A stretch of 32,000 bases of DNA from Mycobacterium leprae TN (GTDB lineage: Bacteria > Actinomycetota > Actinomycetes > Mycobacteriales > Mycobacteriaceae), in assembly GCF_000195855.1 (NCBI RefSeq), contig NC_002677.1:720001-752000 (forward strand). Direction: 5' to 3'. The translations under genes were made by a program, and so were the position numbers. The notes under the pieces were generated by a model, which saw only the letters and a program-made list of their open reading frames with translations, did not search any database and was not told where the DNA came from. Below, piece after piece: positions 20,766 through 31,006 of this stretch; position 1 is the first letter of the stretch, and the number at the start of each line of letters is the position of its first letter.

Positions 20766-21563
20766 TCAAACTTGATTTGCCAGTTGAACCTGGACACGGT
20801 CAGCTCTCGTCACCGTTTCTCTTTCCCTAGGGACATAGTACGTTATGACCAGGATGCCTATGCCCGCGTGCGCCGCGGTTGCTGTCGCTTGCTCGATTGA
20901 CGAGTGGGGGTTGCAGATGTCCTTGATCTGCTTGTTGGTGAACGCGGATGACGATGTTCTTGCGGATTATGGTGTGCACCAATGCGTCGGCCTCGGCGGC
21001 AAGCTCGTCCAGGCTGGCGCAGGGAACCGTGCCTCCGGTCAGCACCACCGAGGTCGGTCCGGATTCGATCCGGAATCCGATCGTCGGCGTCACAGGCCCG
21101 TGATTCGTGGAACCCCGGATCGACACGCCATCGGGGGGGGCTCCAACAAAACCTTTGGTGTATTCGTATACTTCGATCAGTGGGGGCGTATTCAGGTAAG
21201 TGTGATGGGTGATCTGATATTCGATGTCGTGACCGGACGCCTTCAGCTTTGCCTCTACCGTTTCAGCGGTGTCCGGAGATCCGATGATCGGCAGCGGTGG
21301 GGGATCCAGCGCGAAGGTGGTTACCCAATGCGTGATGAGCAGATCGCCAAGGTCGCTGATGCGGTCGCCGTGCAGATGAGTTGAGCAGCAGCGCTGACAA
21401 ACAGCTGGCGTGTGCGTCGGACCAGCCGACGCACGTTGCAACACTCCAAGCCAGCAGTCCACTAGGAACAGCTGTCTGCCAGCTTGCACCGCGTCGAGAA
21501 GGCCGGCGCGGGTCGGGTCGGGAATAGGGGACTTCCGGTGCTGAGCAGTGTGGTCTCGATCAT
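20766..21563 (-). pseudogene. rnz: Ribonuclease Z / metallo-beta-lactamase-fold relic (Rv2407 type)
   Basis: [12 protein letters not shown] (ATG at 21563) is followed by a frameshift. The 220-aa main frame reads [30 protein letters not shown]...[27 protein letters not shown] second frameshift precedes the ...[12 protein letters not shown] tail. The zinc motif HxHxDH reads HLHGDR (21361-21378). Confidence 0.7.
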
Positions 21564-21777
21564 GGTCCCATCCTTGTAACTAGACGGGTGCGCAGTGGCG
21601 CAATTTATTCATTCGGTTGGTGAGCAAGGGTTTCGGCTTCTCGACGTGGGCGAGATGCTGGTTGTCGACCTGAACGTTCGAGCGTTATTGGTGGTGTGTT
21701 TTTTGTCGACTTTCCCATCAGCCGAGTTAGCCGTAGCCTGGTGTCAAGGAGATCATAACTTTCGGCTGGAGGCCTAG

Positions 21778-22039
21778 ATGCAGATCGCGGGCGTCTTACG
21801 GAGCAAGGGTGCGACGGTGGTGACGATCAATCGTGACGCGAATGTTCGGGAACGGATCGGCCGGTCTTGTCGAGCAGAACATCGGTGCCATGGTGGGGTC
21901 GGCATCGGTGTCGGAGCGTAACATCGTACGTCAGCTTCATGCGTATGGCGTCAGCGTGCTGTCTTGCCCGATCTCCAAGATTATGACTAGCGTTGGTTGC
22001 CAGCTGCCGCTGGTCCTGTCCTATATCACTCAAGGTTAA
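21778..22039 (+). pseudogene. CBS-domain protein relic (Rv2406c type) with a frameshift and internal deletion
   Basis: ATG 21778 with GGAGG upstream: MQIAGVLRSKGATVVTINRDANV. After a frameshift: LVEQNIGAMVG..VSERNIVRQLHAYGVSVLSCPISKIMTS. This joins almost directly to the C-terminal ..LSYITQG stop. Only ~87 codons remain for a two-CBS protein. Confidence 0.7.
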
Positions 22040-22060
22040 CTGCGCGGCTCAGCGCCAGGA

Positions 22061-22640
22061 TTAGTCGGCACGCAGCGGGCTGGCTATGGCATCGAAGATT
22101 TCACGTTTCAAGATCGTGTCCTCGTGGCGAATACTCTCCTCCGGCACGTCGAACACCCGGTCTAGCCGGATCCAGCTTTCTCGGTTTTCGTAATCCCAAC
22201 TGCTAGAGGCCGATGCCAACCCAATCTTGGTAGGCTGCGTGGCGTTCTTGGCTGGACACCATCAGTCCCAATACAATATTGTTGTTGCGGCTCACGACGA
22301 GGACCGGTCAGTCTTGGCTCCGGGTCGGGTCGTCCTCATATGGAGGACCCACTTCCACGCGATTTTGCAGGATTAGCTCGGCCATCCAGGTCAGGGGGGC
22401 GTAGAGTAGCTCACGGGTTCGCTGCGCGGTGGGGGAGGGGAACTAAGCGCTTGCCACTGGCCGGCCCGCGGTAATCGCGACAGGTGGTTTTGGCGCAGCT
22501 GCGGCTATACACATTCACGGTGACTTTGATTTCATGCTGGAGTTCCCGCAGCACGGCTTGCGAATTCTGCACGTGACGGGAGAGGTGTGGAGTCCGGCTT
22601 AATACCATGTTCTTGGTTCTTGGCAAGCCGTTGTAATGTT
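22061..22640 (-). pseudogene. Conserved hypothetical gene relic (positional equivalent of Rv2405)
   Basis: Minus-strand pieces YEDDPTRSQD.PVLVVSRNNNIVLGLMVSSQERHAAYQDWVGIG and ...REIFDAIASPLRAD-stop (stop at 22061-22063) lie in different frames with stops. The family was not recognised with confidence. Confidence 0.4.
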
Positions 22641-22715
22641 TTCCACTATGACTGCCAGGCTGACGCCATATTCGCAGTATAGGACCGAAAGGCCCGGCGA
22701 GATTGCTGTGCCAGT

Positions 22716-24656
22716 GTGTCTTGGTCACTTCGCGTGGATAAGCCGGACACCGGCGAATCGCCGTTCAAACATTCTCTAGTAACTGGAGCCCAGGAGATTC
22801 CCATCAGCAGTTTCGCTGACAAGACCTTTACCGCGCCGGCGCAGATTAGGAACTTCTGCATAATCGCTCATATTGATCACGGCAAATCCACGCTGGCGGA
22901 CCGGATGCTTCAGCTGACTGGTGTCGTCGATGAGCGGTCGATGCGTGCCCAGTACCTGGACCGGATGGACATCGAACGTGAGCGCGGAATCACGATTAAA
23001 GCGCAGAACGTGCGGCTGTCTTGGAGTGTCACAGCTGGTGGGACGACTGAGAATTATGTGTTGCACTTGATCGACACCCCCGGCCATGTGGACTTCACCT
23101 ACGAGGTATCGCGAGCATTGGAAGCCTGTGAGGGTGCGGTGCTGCTGGTAGACGCCGTCCAGGGCATCGAAGCTCAGACCTTGGCCAATCTCTATCTCGC
23201 TCTGGAGCGTGACTTGACGATTATTCCGGTGCTAAACAAAATCGACCTGCCGGCTGCCGATCCGGACCGTTACGCCGCTGAGATCGCCCACATCATTGGT
23301 TATGAGTCAGGCGATGTGCTTCGGGTGTCCGGCAAAACCGGCGAGGGGGTTTCTGACCTTCTTGACGAGGTGGTCCGTCGGGTGCCGCATCCGCAAGGTG
23401 ACCCTGATGCGCCTACCCGCGCGATGATCTTCGACTCCGTCTACGACATCTACCGAGGCGTGGTCACCTACGTCCGTGTGGTCGACGGCAAGATCAGCCC
23501 GCGTGAGCGCATCGCGATGATGTCCACCGGTGCGACGTACGAACTGCTCGAGGTCGGCATCGTGTCGCCTGAACCGAAGGCCAGCGCGGGCCTGGGCGTG
23601 GGGGAGGTGGGCTACCTGATTACTGGGGTTAAAGACGTCCGCCAATCCAAAGTCGGCGACACTGTAACGACGGTTCGTTATGGTGCCACTGAACCGTTAA
23701 CTGGCTACCGAGAACCCAAGCCCATGGTGTACTCCGGGCTGTATCCCGTCGACAGTTCGGACTACCCGAGTTTGCGTGACGCTCTAGGTAAGTTACAGCT
23801 CAACGACGCGGCGCTGACCTACGAGCCGGAAACATCGGTGGCGCTGGGCGTTGGGTACCGGTGCGGCTTCCTCGGTTTGCTGCACATAGATATAACCCGC
23901 GAACGCTTAGAGCGCGAGTTCGACCTGGACCTGATCTCCACGTCGCCCAACGTCGTATACCGTGTGGTGACAGAAGATAACACCGAGATTGTGGTGACCA
24001 ACCCGTCAGACTGGCCGGAGGGCAAGATCCGAACGGTGTACGAGCCAGTGGTGAAGATCACCATCATTGCGCCCAGCGAGTTCATCGGAACGATCATGGA
24101 GCTGTGCCAGTCGCGCCGTGGCGAATTAGGTGGCATGGACTATCTTTCACCTGAGCGAGTCGAGTTACGCTACATTATGCCGCTCGGGGAAATCATCTTC
24201 GATTTCTTCGATTCGCTGAAGTCACGCACCCGGGGCTACGCTAGCCTCGACTATGAGGAGGCTGGCGAGCAGGAGGCCCAACTGGTCAAGGTTGACATCC
24301 TGCTGCAAGGCGAGGCCGTCGACGCATTCAGCGCGATTGTGCACAAGGATTCAGCCTCTGCCTATGGCAACAAGATGACCAACAAGCTCAAAGAACTGAT
24401 CCCACGTCAGCAGTTTGAGGTGCCAGTACAGGCGGCTATTGGATCGAAAGTCATTGCGCGCGAAAATATTAGGGCGATACGCAAGGATGTGCTGTCGAAA
24501 TGTTATGGCGGCGATATCACCCGCAAACGTAAGCTTCTGGAAAAGCAGAAGGAAGGCAAGAAACGGATGAAGACCATTGGGCGGGTCGAGGTGCCGCAGG
24601 AAGCGTTTGTCGCCGCGTTGTCCGCCGATGCCGCAGGAGACAAGGACAAGAAATAA
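22716..24656 (+). CDS. lepA: Elongation factor 4 (LepA), translational GTPase
   Basis: 646 aa. G1 motif [10 protein letters not shown]3 DTPGHVDF, G4 NKID, and LepA-specific C-terminal domain. GTG start at 22716 (alternative GTG at 22734). It carries the N-terminal extension [21 protein letters not shown], which I recall as typical of mycobacterial LepA. Confidence 0.96.
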   Translation: MSWSLRVDKPDTGESPFKHSLVTGAQEIPISSFADKTFTAPAQIRNFCIIAHIDHGKSTLADRMLQLTGVVDERSMRAQYLDRMDIERERGITIKAQNVRLSWSVTAGGTTENYVLHLIDTPGHVDFTYEVSRALEACEGAVLLVDAVQGIEAQTLANLYLALERDLTIIPVLNKIDLPAADPDRYAAEIAHIIGYESGDVLRVSGKTGEGVSDLLDEVVRRVPHPQGDPDAPTRAMIFDSVYDIYRGVVTYVRVVDGKISPRERIAMMSTGATYELLEVGIVSPEPKASAGLGVGEVGYLITGVKDVRQSKVGDTVTTVRYGATEPLTGYREPKPMVYSGLYPVDSSDYPSLRDALGKLQLNDAALTYEPETSVALGVGYRCGFLGLLHIDITRERLEREFDLDLISTSPNVVYRVVTEDNTEIVVTNPSDWPEGKIRTVYEPVVKITIIAPSEFIGTIMELCQSRRGELGGMDYLSPERVELRYIMPLGEIIFDFFDSLKSRTRGYASLDYEEAGEQEAQLVKVDILLQGEAVDAFSAIVHKDSASAYGNKMTNKLKELIPRQQFEVPVQAAIGSKVIARENIRAIRKDVLSKCYGGDITRKRKLLEKQKEGKKRMKTIGRVEVPQEAFVAALSADAAGDKDKK

Positions 24657-24713
24657 CCTGTTCGACTTTATGTTGACGAACTGAAGCATCAAAAGATTGT
24701 TCTGCAAGCACAT

Positions 24714-26714
24714 TCAATATTTAAGCGTGCATACTCTTGGCGCATTCGGGTGCTGTAACATCCCCGCGTTGTCGGCTTCCTTGTCGGCGCGGATCACATG
24801 GACCACTTCGTTTATCAACGCCAGACGGGTGAACGCCTCCGGGGAGTTGTCCAGGTGCCGCCCGGTGCGTGGCTCGATTTCTTCAGCGTAGAGGTGCAGT
24901 GGGCTCGTGTAGGAAAACAGTCGCTTAGCGCAGGTTACCTCACCGATTTCCACCAGCGCGGACACCAGCCAGAATGATTAAATGGTGAGCATGTTTTCTT
25001 CGCCGGATAACCCTTAATTGGTTTCTTTTATCCGGTATCGCAGCACTAGACTCTCTTCGGTGAGTTAATTGGCGACAGCCAGCCCAGTGTTAAGCACGCG
25101 CGGGTCGTCAGGTGCCAGGAATCTGGTCAGTAGCACTAGCAACAGTGAGGAATCCAACGCGTCGTTGCCATACCGCTGGGTGAATACGTCGCGGTAGTCC
25201 ATCCCATGCTCGAGAATCTCGGTCTTGATCTCTTCAGCGATGGCCAGTCACTGTTGGGTGCGTTTTTCTTACCCTACCGTTCGGTTAGCTTGGCCTCGCG
25301 GTCCAGAGCCATCCAACACATCGTCCCAACACATCGTGAAGTGTTGCGGCTCGCCGCGAATCTCCCAGATTCCGCGGTCGGGCTCACACCAGTGCGCGAT
25401 CACCTCTTTCACCTGCTTTTTCAATACTGGCTACAATATTTCTGAGATTTTCTCGAGCGACTTGGTGTGCAGAAGAACGAGTCCAGAATCCAGCCCTAGA
25501 TATCGTGCTGAACTTGGTCGTAGGAGTCGTTTGCCGATTCGCACCGGCCGCGCGTGGTCGTAGCCGAACAGATGATATAATCCGTCTTCAACCAGGCGGC
25601 GTTCGTCGCCTACCATCACCTGCAGCAGATGGCGCTGGTCGTTATTGGCGCCGGATACATTGACGATGTATGCGGAGAAGTCGTCGGTTTCGTGGTCGAG
25701 TCCCAGGGTGTAAAGCCCCCCACAACGCGAACGTTGAATCGCTCACCCAGGTATCGTGGTACTCCCAGTTGCGTTCGCTTTGTGACGTTTCCGGAAGTGA
25801 CTTAGTGCTGCCGGGCCGTTAGCCAGCGCGCCGGTGGGAGGATACGGGAACCTGTTGAGTGTTAGCGTGCTGTATTACAGGTATGCCCGCGACGGGTGGT
25901 CGGGGAAGTGGCCGATGTTGATCCACTGCCGCCAGCATTGGGTGACCTGTCACATCTTGTCTGCTGCTTCTACATAGGTCTGTGGGACCGGGTGTTTGGT
26001 CCAGCTTAGCGTGACGAACACGTCGTCGCCCTATTTCATCCGGATGCGTGCCCGTGTTTTACGGATCTCCAACCTGATCTGCATATTCATATTGGTGGTT
26101 AACCATGGCGCCGGGTGGATGTCAGGTTGTTTGCTGGCATGTGTGATGGCTTCGCCGTAGGCATGGGTCAAGTATTCTCACACGGCGCCGATGCGATGGT
26201 AGTCAAACGCCGGCTCGCAGCTCATCATCAGCTCAACGGTGCCGCTTATGCAGAGCACCGTGCACAGCAGGATGTGCTTGGCGTCCTAATCCATCGTGAT
26301 GCGTTAGTGATCGGCGCTCGATGTCATGGCCATGTCCCCCATAACCGGCACGTTCCGCACGATTAACCATCCGGTGTGTGGTCTGCCATGTGGTTTCCAT
26401 GATCAAGCTGCTGGGAAATAGCGGCGGGTCGACGGTACCGAGGCCGCCGTAGGGGCCCAATCGGAAATGGCCGGCGCTTGTTAGTCCAGGATCGCTTCGA
26501 ACACACTCGGAGAGTCAGGCTGGGGCAGCCTATACTCCATAGACATTCCACCGAAACGGCCGACGAGATCAGGCACGTCGTTTCCTAGTCGGACAAGAAA
26601 TGCGTAGTCAGCGATCGACGGAAACGGGTTGCGTAGCACGCCGCTGGAGGCAACTAGCGCCTGCGAGTTGAAATCGAAAGGCGCGGGTTTGGCGGCTTGG
26701 GCTGCGGTAAACAC
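24714..26714 (-). pseudogene. Glycoside hydrolase family 15 (glucoamylase-like) relic (Rv2402 type)
   Basis: N-terminal piece PFPSIADYAFLVRLGNDVPDLVGRFGGMSMEYRLPQPDSPSVFEAILD (26481-26714). C-terminal piece LHLYAEEIEPRTGRHLDNSPEAFTRLALINEVVHVI (24714-24965). No continuous frame lies between them. Confidence 0.65.
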
Positions 26715-26869
26715 TGCTAGCCGCAGCAGCCTTGTCGTCGGCTTTGGCGGGTTGATAGGAGGGGGGCGGCGTGCAGGACCATTCCGCCATAATCTGTCGA
26801 TTCTTCCTGGTGTCCATCGTTTGCTTCTTTGCCCGAGGGGTTGTGGTCTCTACCCGGCGTGCCTGGCGT

Positions 26870-27798
26870 ACTTAGGCATGTTGTTCGGATAACAGGCCAA
26901 TCGCGACCAGGTAACCGACGAACCGTCGCAATGCCAGTGTTCGGCTCACCATCCGAGCCTTTTGCGGTGGTGTTTGGTCACTGCTGTCCACCGCGACAGC
27001 GATGATGTTGTCATGGATAACCCGGTGTGCCGCCTACAGGATAGTCGTCGGAATCCAGTGGCGTAGCTGTACTCGAACTAGCTGCCAGGTTGACACGCGT
27101 TCCGTACACAGAGGACAGGTCAGCCGGGGAGCGGCCGCTACCACTAGGTTTATGCCTACGCTGGCCACCGCGGCATCACGTGCGCAGCGTCGTTTATGTA
27201 AATGATGGCGGTGATTTATGTATGTATTATTATGTAGTCGCCGCTGTCGATCGTGATCGTAGTGTGCCCCGCGTGAGTATATCGGCCAGGCCGAACGGGT
27301 CGTTGGGCCGGCGAGGCAATCGGAACCACCACACGTTCATCGGAGCGCCGAAGCTACGCGGTGTCAGTGCTATTGCTGAGCGCATGGTCGACGGGGCGGC
27401 CATCGCAGGCCACCGCTAAGTCGGTGCGTATGATCACTTAGGTCACCGCGGTGCTGCACATAAGTCGGAACGTGGGCTCCATCTCGGCACCGGCAGCCAT
27501 TATCTCCAGAAAGTTCCACTGCGGCTACCAGGATGATGCGTTGATGTGTGCCGAGCAGGCGGCTCAGGTCCAGATTGACTCACTTGCCCTGTATCTCCAT
27601 CTGGATGGTGTCGATTTTGCGATGCAGAATTTGTGCGAATAGGTGGGTCACAGATCGAGTTCGTCAAGTAGCCACAAGGTGCTTGCGGGCCATGGCAATC
27701 GGATCGCTGGCCAAAAGCAGGCCAAGCATCATGCTCGCCGGTCCGCCTCCAGCAATGAGGCATGTAGTTTTGTCGGATGTGGAAGGCACGGACAGCAT
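26870..27798 (-). pseudogene. FAD-dependent monooxygenase (UbiH/PheA-type) relic
   Basis: Minus strand from ATG 27798: MLSVPSTSDKTTCLIAGGGPASMMLGLLLA (dinucleotide-binding GxGxxG). Later pieces: HRKIDTIQMEIQGK..DLSRLLGTHQRIILVA, FGAPMNVWWFRLPRRPNDPFG, NDAAHVM (GDAAH motif) and a C-terminal LALRRFVGYLVAIGLLSEQH. The pieces lie in shifted frames with stops and deletions. Confidence 0.6.
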
Positions 27799-27860
27799 TG
27801 GGCGATCTTGACACAGTGTTTTACGATGCGGGGACGGCGAATGGGACGAATGGGATTAGT

Positions 27861-28064
27861 GTGAGCCCGGTGAACGGGTTCCTGAATTGGTGGGACAGCA
27901 TCGAGCTTTGGCTGTCAGGGCTCGCCTTCGTGTTACAGGCGGCTTTGGTTATGCCGGTTGTCCTTGCGTTTGCCTACGGCACCGCATTAGTGTTAGATTT
28001 CGCGCTCGGTAAGGGCATCCAGTTGATGCGTCGAGCCTATCACCCTGATTCGGCGCGCGGGTAA
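27861..28064 (+). CDS. Small hypothetical membrane protein (67 aa from GTG 27861; start uncertain)
   Basis: An intact frame in an otherwise decayed region. Hydrophobic core IELWLSGLAFVLQAALVMPVVLAFAYGTALVLDFAL is followed by the basic tail GKGIQLMRRAYHPDSARG. The ORF-track ATG at 27777 would overlap the divergent monooxygenase relic start. Confidence 0.4.
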   Translation: MSPVNGFLNWWDSIELWLSGLAFVLQAALVMPVVLAFAYGTALVLDFALGKGIQLMRRAYHPDSARG

Positions 28065-28381
28065 CCTGAATGCCTCGGTCACATGTTACGTTGGTGCTGT
28101 TCGTTCTAGTGGCGCTGGTGATAGTGGCGTGGCTGCTGACGCGCTGAGTAGCATTGGGTTGCTAACCAGCTTAGCTGTGATGGGGCAGCCGATTCTGTTA
28201 AGTTTTGCGCCATGCACGTAGCACCCGGTGTTTGGGAGTGCTGTGTCCTCGTGGATTATTGTTGCTGACTCCAAAACCCGTGCGCGGTCTGGTACGGAGT
28301 TCGTGAATTTTCCCTAGTTCTAGGTGGCCCTTGCGTACCAACGGGATTGAGATGCCTACGTTCCTCACTGGAAGGCGGCTA

Positions 28382-29428
28382 ATGTTTAAAGACATTGGGC
28401 GATTCATGCGCTGGCGGCACTCGATGGTCGTCGGGGTCACGCTTGCCTCGACCACCGATGTGGTTGCTGCGTGTCATGGTGGTGCCAGTGACGTCGTTGG
28501 CGGCGGGACGGCCCATGCGCATACGAGTATCGCCCTGGTCGCTTACTCGGCGCCGGGACCTGGTTGGGGCAAAGTGATTCCGGCGTTTAATGACGCTCGG
28601 TCGGGCGATGGTGTGCAAGTGGTAACGTCGTATGGAGCCTCTGGCGACCAGTCCCGCGGTGTTGTCGATGGCAAGCCAGCTGACATCGTGAATTTCTCGG
28701 TTGAAACGGACATCACCAGATTGGTCAAGGTAGGCAAGGTGTCCAAGGACTGGGATACCGACGCCACGAAGGGCATCCCGTTCGGATCAGTGGTGACATT
28801 GGTTGTGCGCACCGGTAATCCCAAGAACATCAAAGATTGGGATGATCTGGTGCGCCCCGGTGTGGAGGTGATCATGCCCAATCCGCTTAGCTCGGGCTCG
28901 GCCAAGTGGAATCTGCTTGCTCCGTACGCCGCCAAAAGCGAAGGTTGCCGCAATAGCCAGGCGGGGATTGATTTTGTGAACCGGTTGGTGGCCGAACACG
29001 TCAAATTGCGGCTAGGATCTGCGCGCGAAGCTACCGATGCCTTTGTCCAGGGCAGCGGCGATGTGCTGATCAGCTATGAGAACGAGGCTATCGCCGCCGA
29101 GCGGCAGGGCAAGCCGGTCGAACACATCAACCCGCCGGTTACCTTCAAGATCGAAAATCCGTTGGCGGTGGTGAGCACCAGCGCGCACCTCGAGGTCGCG
29201 ACCGCGTTCAAGAACTTCCAATACACCACTGCCGCGCAGGGGTTGTGGGCGCAGGCAGGTTTTCGGCCGGTGGATCCGGCGGTCAGTGCCGATTTCAGCG
29301 ACCAATTCCCGGCACCGGTGAAACTGTGGACGATCGCCGACTTGGGTGGCTGGAGCACGGTGGATCCGCAGCTATTCGACAAGAACACCGGTAGCATCAC
29401 CAAGGTCTATATGCAGGCCACCGGATGA
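28382..29428 (+). CDS. subI: Sulfate/thiosulfate-binding lipoprotein of an ABC importer (SubI)
   Basis: The frame is uninterrupted. Signal peptide with lipobox VAAC (Cys codon 28472-28474). Sulfate-binding-protein blocks ASGDQSRGVVDGKPADIVNFS and SSGSAKWNLLAPYA. The preferred start is ATG 28382, preceded by GGAAGG. Alternatives are TTG 28331, ATG 28352 and ATG 28406. Confidence 0.88.
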   Translation: MFKDIGRFMRWRHSMVVGVTLASTTDVVAACHGGASDVVGGGTAHAHTSIALVAYSAPGPGWGKVIPAFNDARSGDGVQVVTSYGASGDQSRGVVDGKPADIVNFSVETDITRLVKVGKVSKDWDTDATKGIPFGSVVTLVVRTGNPKNIKDWDDLVRPGVEVIMPNPLSSGSAKWNLLAPYAAKSEGCRNSQAGIDFVNRLVAEHVKLRLGSAREATDAFVQGSGDVLISYENEAIAAERQGKPVEHINPPVTFKIENPLAVVSTSAHLEVATAFKNFQYTTAAQGLWAQAGFRPVDPAVSADFSDQFPAPVKLWTIADLGGWSTVDPQLFDKNTGSITKVYMQATG

Positions 29429-29439
29429 CGGCTCGTTAA

Positions 29440-30240
29440 TCGATACTCGTTCGTTGTGTCGGCTCGGTACTACCACGTAGCTTGGGGTTGGTGCGGCGAT
29501 AGTGTGGGCTTTCGGTGATCGTGCTGCTGCCCTTGGCTGCCATTGTGTGGCAGAACGCCGGCTGCTGGCGCCCTTTCCTGTCTGGTGGTCACATAGCACG
29601 CCGTGATGGACTCGCTGCGGGTAGATGCTGACCATCTCCGCTGGGGTTTGCGGTAATCAACATTGTATTCGCTCTGCTGATTCTTTGGGTGTTGGTGCGT
29701 GATGACTTCGTCGGCAAGCGGTCGGTCGATGGCGGTATCGATGTGTAGTTTGCGTTGCCTACGATTGTCGCCAGCCTGGCGATGCTGGCTCTGTATGGGA
29801 ACAACAGCCTGGTTGGTCTTCATCTGCAGCACACCGGATGGGGCGTGTGGGCGGCGCTGGCGTTCATCACGTTGCCGTTCGTAGTGCTTACTGCCTAATC
29901 GGTGCTGTTGGAGATCAGTCCGGGCGGCCAAAGAGTCGGTGGCGTCGTTGGGTGCCAGCAGTCCGAAAAATCGTTATCTCGGCGGTTGTTTTGCCGTCGG
30001 TGACTCCGGTGTTGTTATCAGTTGCGGGCCTGGAGTTTTCGCGGATGCTTGGCGATTTCGGTTTGATGGTGCTGATTGATGGTCCGGTGACGAGGAAGAT
30101 ATCAGTGTCATCGTAGTGGATTCCTGACCTTGATCGAGAATCACGACCGCACTGGTGCTACCGCAATATAGATTGCACTGCTGTCGATCTCGTGTGTCGT
30201 GCTCTTTTTACTGCAGGTCGTAGGCGCGCATGAGGACTGA
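29440..30240 (+). pseudogene. cysT: Sulfate ABC transporter permease CysT relic
   Basis: Pieces SVIVLLPLAAIVW, INIVFALLILWVLVRDDFVGKRSVDGGIDV, FALPTIVASLAMLALYGNNSLVGLHLQHTGWGVWAALAFITLPFVV and LIENHDRTGA lie in three frames with in-frame stops. Confidence 0.7.
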
Positions 30241-30257
30241 TGCGAGGAGATAGCCAC

Positions 30258-30990
30258 ATGGCGACATTGCCGCAAGTTAGCTATCTGATCCTGTATGTCG
30301 CCTTTGCCTACATTGTTGTGCTACTGGTTATGACGTTTGCGCTGATCTTATGGCGGACCTTTGCACCGGGCTTCGGTCAATTCTACGCCTGAGTCAGCAC
30401 GTCAGAGGAGGGATTGGCGCTGAACTTGTCGCTTCTGGTAGTGGACATCCCGGTTCCGCTGAACGTGGTTTTCGGAATTCCGACGACATTGGTTTTTTTA
30501 TCAACATATTTCGACGAAAAGGTGCACTGCAGACGATCATCGATCTATTGTTAGCGGTCTCATCCGTCATAGTAGGTGTTGCACTGGTCGTGCTGTGGGG
30601 ATCGTGCGGTGCGCTGGGCTTCGTGGAGAAAGGCTTGGAGTTAACGATCATCTTTGGCCTGTCCGGCATCGTGCTTGCTAGCGTCTTCGTCACCCTGCCG
30701 TTTGTGGTACGCGAGGTTGAACCGATGCTGCACTAACTGGGGTCCGACCAAAACCAGGTTGCGGCAATACGAGGATCTAGCTGGTGGCAGAAATTCTAGC
30801 GGATTATGCTACTCTTCAACCGGCGGCACGTAGCCTACGCCATTGTGTTAACCGTTGCCTGTACGTTGGGTGAATATGGTGCTTATGAGTTGTTAACTTT
30901 GTTGATTACGGTATCCGCGGTGGTCTTTTGAGTATCCAGGTGGGTTTTGATTCCTGCCGGGTACGAGCAGGCAGAAACGTCTGACTAAGG
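30258..30990 (+). pseudogene. cysW: Sulfate ABC transporter permease CysW relic
   Basis: ATG 30258 after GAGGAG: MATLPQVSYLILYVAFAYIVVLL..., then frameshifts. The longest piece is IIDLLLAVSSVIVGVALVVLWG...IIFGLSGIVLASVFVTLPFVVREVEPML-stop (30350-30736). Later pieces TLGEYGAYELL lie in another frame. Confidence 0.7.
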
Positions 30991-31006
30991 GACGTGGAGA
31001 TGGCCG

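Noticed and set aside
22411-22728. 105-aa minus-strand ORF overlapping the lepA start
   Set aside because: It is best explained as one frame of the decayed Rv2405-position gene. It has internal similarity breaks and continues into stops, so it is not an independent intact gene.
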